DNA of 32,000 nt, taken from the NCBI RefSeq assembly GCF_000284455.1, contig NC_017039.1, positions 1,800,001-1,832,000 on the forward strand. Direction: 5' to 3'. Of the stretch, positions 29,656 through 32,000 are shown in pieces; within the stretch, counting starts at the first letter, position 1; each line of letters opens with the position of its first letter. Below the pieces are notes generated by a model that was given only the letters and a program-made list of their open reading frames with translations, searched no databases and was not told the DNA's origin. Made by a program: the position numbers and the translations under genes. The stretch is from Synechocystis sp. PCC 6803 substr. PCC-P. GTDB taxonomy: Bacteria; Cyanobacteriota; Cyanobacteriia; Cyanobacteriales; Microcystaceae.

Positions 29656-30519
29656 TCAAATTTTTTGTGCTCTAGCGGCGGCGTACTGCTGGAACCATTG
29701 GGGAGTTGCCGCCAGGGCTTGGCTCAGTTCCTGGTGAATTTTCCCATTGGTGGCCAGAATGCGCCCAGTGCTTAGATCCAGAGGAGAACAATCATAGGCG
29801 GAAACTATTCCCCCTGCTTCCCGCACAATGACAATGCCAGCGGCCATATCCCAGGGATTAATCCCCCTTTCCCAATAGCCGTCCAAACGACCGCAGGCCA
29901 CATCGATGAGATCGATCGCCGCTGAGCCACTGCGCCGTACCCCTTGGGTGAGATGGGTGAGATAGCAAAATTCTGGATAGTTGTTATCTAAAGTTTTCAC
30001 TCGGTCGTAGGCAAAACCCGTCACCAGTAAACTTTTATCCAAGCTGGCGGTGGTGGATACTTGGATGGGCCGGCGATTTAATGTGGCTCCTAAACTGGTG
30101 GCAGCCCGAAATAATTCCTGGCGAAAGGGATTGTAAACTACGCCCACTGTGGGAATGTCTTGGATCAGTAATCCAATGGAAACACAGGACACAGGATAGC
30201 TATGGGCAAAGTTGGTGGTGCCATCGAGGGGATCAATGGCCCAACAAAAAGGATTGTCAACCTGTCCTAACTGCCCTGATTCTTCGGCCAAAATGGCATG
30301 GTCTGGGCAACGGCGTTTAATGATTTCCAAAATAATCGCTTCCGCTTGGCGATCGGCTTCCGTAACCAAATCTCCGGCCCGGCCTTTTTCCTGTATCTGT
30401 TGCACCTTACCCCAGAGGGAAAAAATTTCCGCCCCCGCCGCCAGCACCGCCTCCGTTGCAATTTCTAACCAAGTTTGTAGATCAGATGGGGAAAAAACGG
30501 GTTTTTGGGCAGAAGTCAT
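29656..30519 (-). CDS. Inositol monophosphatase family protein
   Basis: GDLVTEADRQAE, AILAEESG, WAIDPLDGTTNFAHSYP, VGVVYNP, GSAAIDLIDVACGRLDGYWERGINPWDMAAG. ATG at 30519 preferred. Confidence 0.94.
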   Translation of the reverse strand: MTSAQKPVFSPSDLQTWLEIATEAVLAAGAEIFSLWGKVQQIQEKGRAGDLVTEADRQAEAIILEIIKRRCPDHAILAEESGQLGQVDNPFCWAIDPLDGTTNFAHSYPVSCVSIGLLIQDIPTVGVVYNPFRQELFRAATSLGATLNRRPIQVSTTASLDKSLLVTGFAYDRVKTLDNNYPEFCYLTHLTQGVRRSGSAAIDLIDVACGRLDGYWERGINPWDMAAGIVIVREAGGIVSAYDCSPLDLSTGRILATNGKIHQELSQALAATPQWFQQYAAARAQKI

Positions 30520-30588
30520 TACAAAAATTCTCAATTTGGCCAAACGAAAGGTTGCAACTAGGAAAATCAGGTTGTAGTTGTAGCCTAC

Positions 30589-30957
30589 CTAGTCCTCATC
30601 TAAAGGCAAACCTAATCGCACCCGACCAGCCCCAAAGTAGCGGCCAAACTGTAACTCATAAACCTCGTCCTCATCTTGGGTTTCCACTTCCAAATCCGAT
30701 TGGGCATAACTAACACAGAGAAGAGCATAACCTTGCCGTTGTAGGTCCGGGGATAGTCCCATGGCCTCCGGTTGATGGATTTGCCCAGAAATAACCCGCA
30801 CCGCACAGGCCGTACAGGCCCCATTACGACAGGAAAACGGTAACTCAAAACCTTGGTCTTCCGCCTGGTGGAGAATGTAACGGTCGTCGGAGACAATCAC
30901 GCTGTAGTCTTTTTCGTTTTGGCGATCGTGGATCAGAACTCGGTGGGAACGGGACAT
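30589..30957 (-). CDS. [2Fe-2S] plant-type ferredoxin (divergent paralogue)
   Basis: CRNGACTACAVRVISG...LLCVSYAQSD gives the CX4CX2C...C cluster ligand pattern. ATG at 30957 preferred. Confidence 0.92.
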   Translation of the reverse strand: MSRSHRVLIHDRQNEKDYSVIVSDDRYILHQAEDQGFELPFSCRNGACTACAVRVISGQIHQPEAMGLSPDLQRQGYALLCVSYAQSDLEVETQDEDEVYELQFGRYFGAGRVRLGLPLDED

Positions 30958-31028
30958 TATGGGCTGGTTTGAATCCAAATTAGGTTTGTGTCTTCCACTA
31001 TTGTATAATCATTTCTTGTGACCAAATT

Positions 31029-31115
31029 GGAGAGGTGGCCGAGCGGTTGAAGGCGCAGCACTGGAAATGCTGTTTGGGGGTAACTTCAACGAGGGTTCGA
31101 ATCCCTCCCTCTCCG
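31029..31115 (+). tRNA. tRNA-Ser (anticodon GGA)
   Basis: 87 nt class II tRNA: GGAGAGGTGGCCGAGCGGTTGAAGGCGCAGCACTGGAAATGCTGTTTGGGGGTAACTTCAACGAGGGTTCGAATCCCTCCCTCTCCG; long variable arm. Confidence 0.97.
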
Positions 31116-31139
31116 TTGAGAACAATAGTGACAACTAAG

Positions 31140-31186
31140 ACCAGATAGGGAAATGCAGTTGAAATGCCGCTACCTTGTCTGGTTTT
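31140..31186 (+). terminator. Putative Rho-independent terminator of tRNA-Ser
   Basis: ACCAGATAGGG ... CCTTGTCTGGT then TTTT; 11-bp stem with wobbles, 22-nt loop. Confidence 0.55.
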
Positions 31187-31260
31187 ATCGTTCCAGGGCT
31201 TGGGCAGTGGGTAGGTCGGAATATGAGAGCAAGGCGACGGAAAGTGTGATAGGTTAGAAA

Positions 31261-31357
31261 TGGCTCGGACTCATGCGATTACAACGCCCAAATCTTGTCA
31301 GGACCGGAAGGTAGCAGCAATAAGGGATGCTTGTGGTAGGCGTGAACTCCGGGCTTC
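31261..31357 (+). ncRNA. ffs: Signal recognition particle (4.5S-type) RNA
   Basis: Conserved domain IV core TGTCAGGACCGGAAGGTAGCAGCA; terminal helix GGCTCGGA (31262-31269) pairs with TCCGGGCT (31348-31355). Ends approximate. Confidence 0.9.
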
Positions 31358-31386
31358 CGGCTTTTCTGGAGGAAAATAGAGGAGTT

Positions 31387-32000
31387 TATGGCGAGTGGAA
31401 ATAAGTTTCAGTCGATGTTGCCGGTATCTCCCACAGGCCAATTCATTTGCCAACAGGATTTAAATTTTTACGACAGTAGCGATCACCAGGAATTAGCTAC
31501 CCAAGCAAAACAGGGACGATATTTGCGCCTAACAGAGAAGATTGAACGGTCAGCAGTGTTGGTGGAACAGGCGGAAGACCGTTACCAAGGTTGGCTAGCG
31601 GAGGACGATTTACAAAATTTGACCCCGGCCGTTCATGCTTATCAACCAGTGACAGTAACCAGAGCCGAAATTGAACAGCGAATTTCCCAGGTAATTGACT
31701 ATTTGCTGGAAGCGAAGCAAAGGGAAAATTACTATCTTTGGGGAGGTAATATCGGCCCCAACTACGACTGTTCCGGTTTAATGCAAGCCGCTTTTGCTAG
31801 TCAAGGTATTTGGCTACCCAGGGATTCCTATCAACAGGCCGCCTTTTGTCAGCAAGTAGTTGATGTGAGGCCCCAACGGCGATCGGGAGAATTAAACCAA
31901 GTAATGGTGGAGGCGATCGCCAAGGAATTTTTACCGGGGGATTTAATTTTTTTTGGCAATCAACGGGTGGATCATGTGGGAATGTATCTGGGGGAAGGAA
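31387..32000 (+). CDS. NlpC/P60 cysteine peptidase with N-terminal SH3-like domain (truncated by window end)
   Basis: Own translation from ATG at 31387: ...NYYLWGGNIGPNYDCSGLMQAAFASQGIWLPRDSYQQA...FLPGDLIFFGNQRVDHVGMYLGEG: catalytic Cys and His motifs; no stop before 32000. Confidence 0.9.

Noticed and set aside
1-32000. CRISPR arrays, IS elements, toxin-antitoxin, restriction or prophage modules
   Set aside because: No regularly spaced direct repeats, transposase, nuclease/methylase or phage motifs seen on either strand.

Overview
Ordinary-looking core chromosome of a unicellular cyanobacterium. The D1, PetG, heme oxygenase and oxidative cyclase sequences, the gene order and the frequent GGCGATCGCC (HIP1) sites are strongly reminiscent of Synechocystis sp. 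PCC 6803; this attribution is from memory, not from a search. Contents in order: 3' part of an anthranilate synthase-I-like gene; EI24/CysZ-like membrane protein; a minus-strand low-oxygen tetrapyrrole cassette (acsF-like cyclase II, heme oxygenase 2, hemN); a low-complexity cyanobacterial protein; a LytR-CpsA-Psr protein; a signalling cluster (membrane histidine kinase, stand-alone receiver, and a HisKA-like/receiver/PP2C fusion); an ABC ATPase overlapping a Rieske oxygenase; an S1-domain protein; dnaG; psbA (D1); YrdC/Sua5; Psb32/TPM protein; a universal stress protein; tRNA-Arg(ACG); petG (missing from the ORF track); a PPP-family phosphatase; an HhH protein; cobH; an EVE-domain protein; the rpmH-rnpA-PH protein-yidC-R3H (jag-like) cluster; J-domain/TPR protein; inositol monophosphatase; [2Fe-2S] ferredoxin; tRNA-Ser(GGA); SRP RNA; and a truncated NlpC/P60 hydrolase. 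I found no CRISPR array, IS element, prophage or convincing new defence system. The most interesting leads are the HisKA-like/REC/PP2C protein with no HATPase domain, the translationally coupled Rieske oxygenase-ABC ATPase pair, the conserved-ends low-complexity protein at 5899-6264, and several structured intergenic regions.
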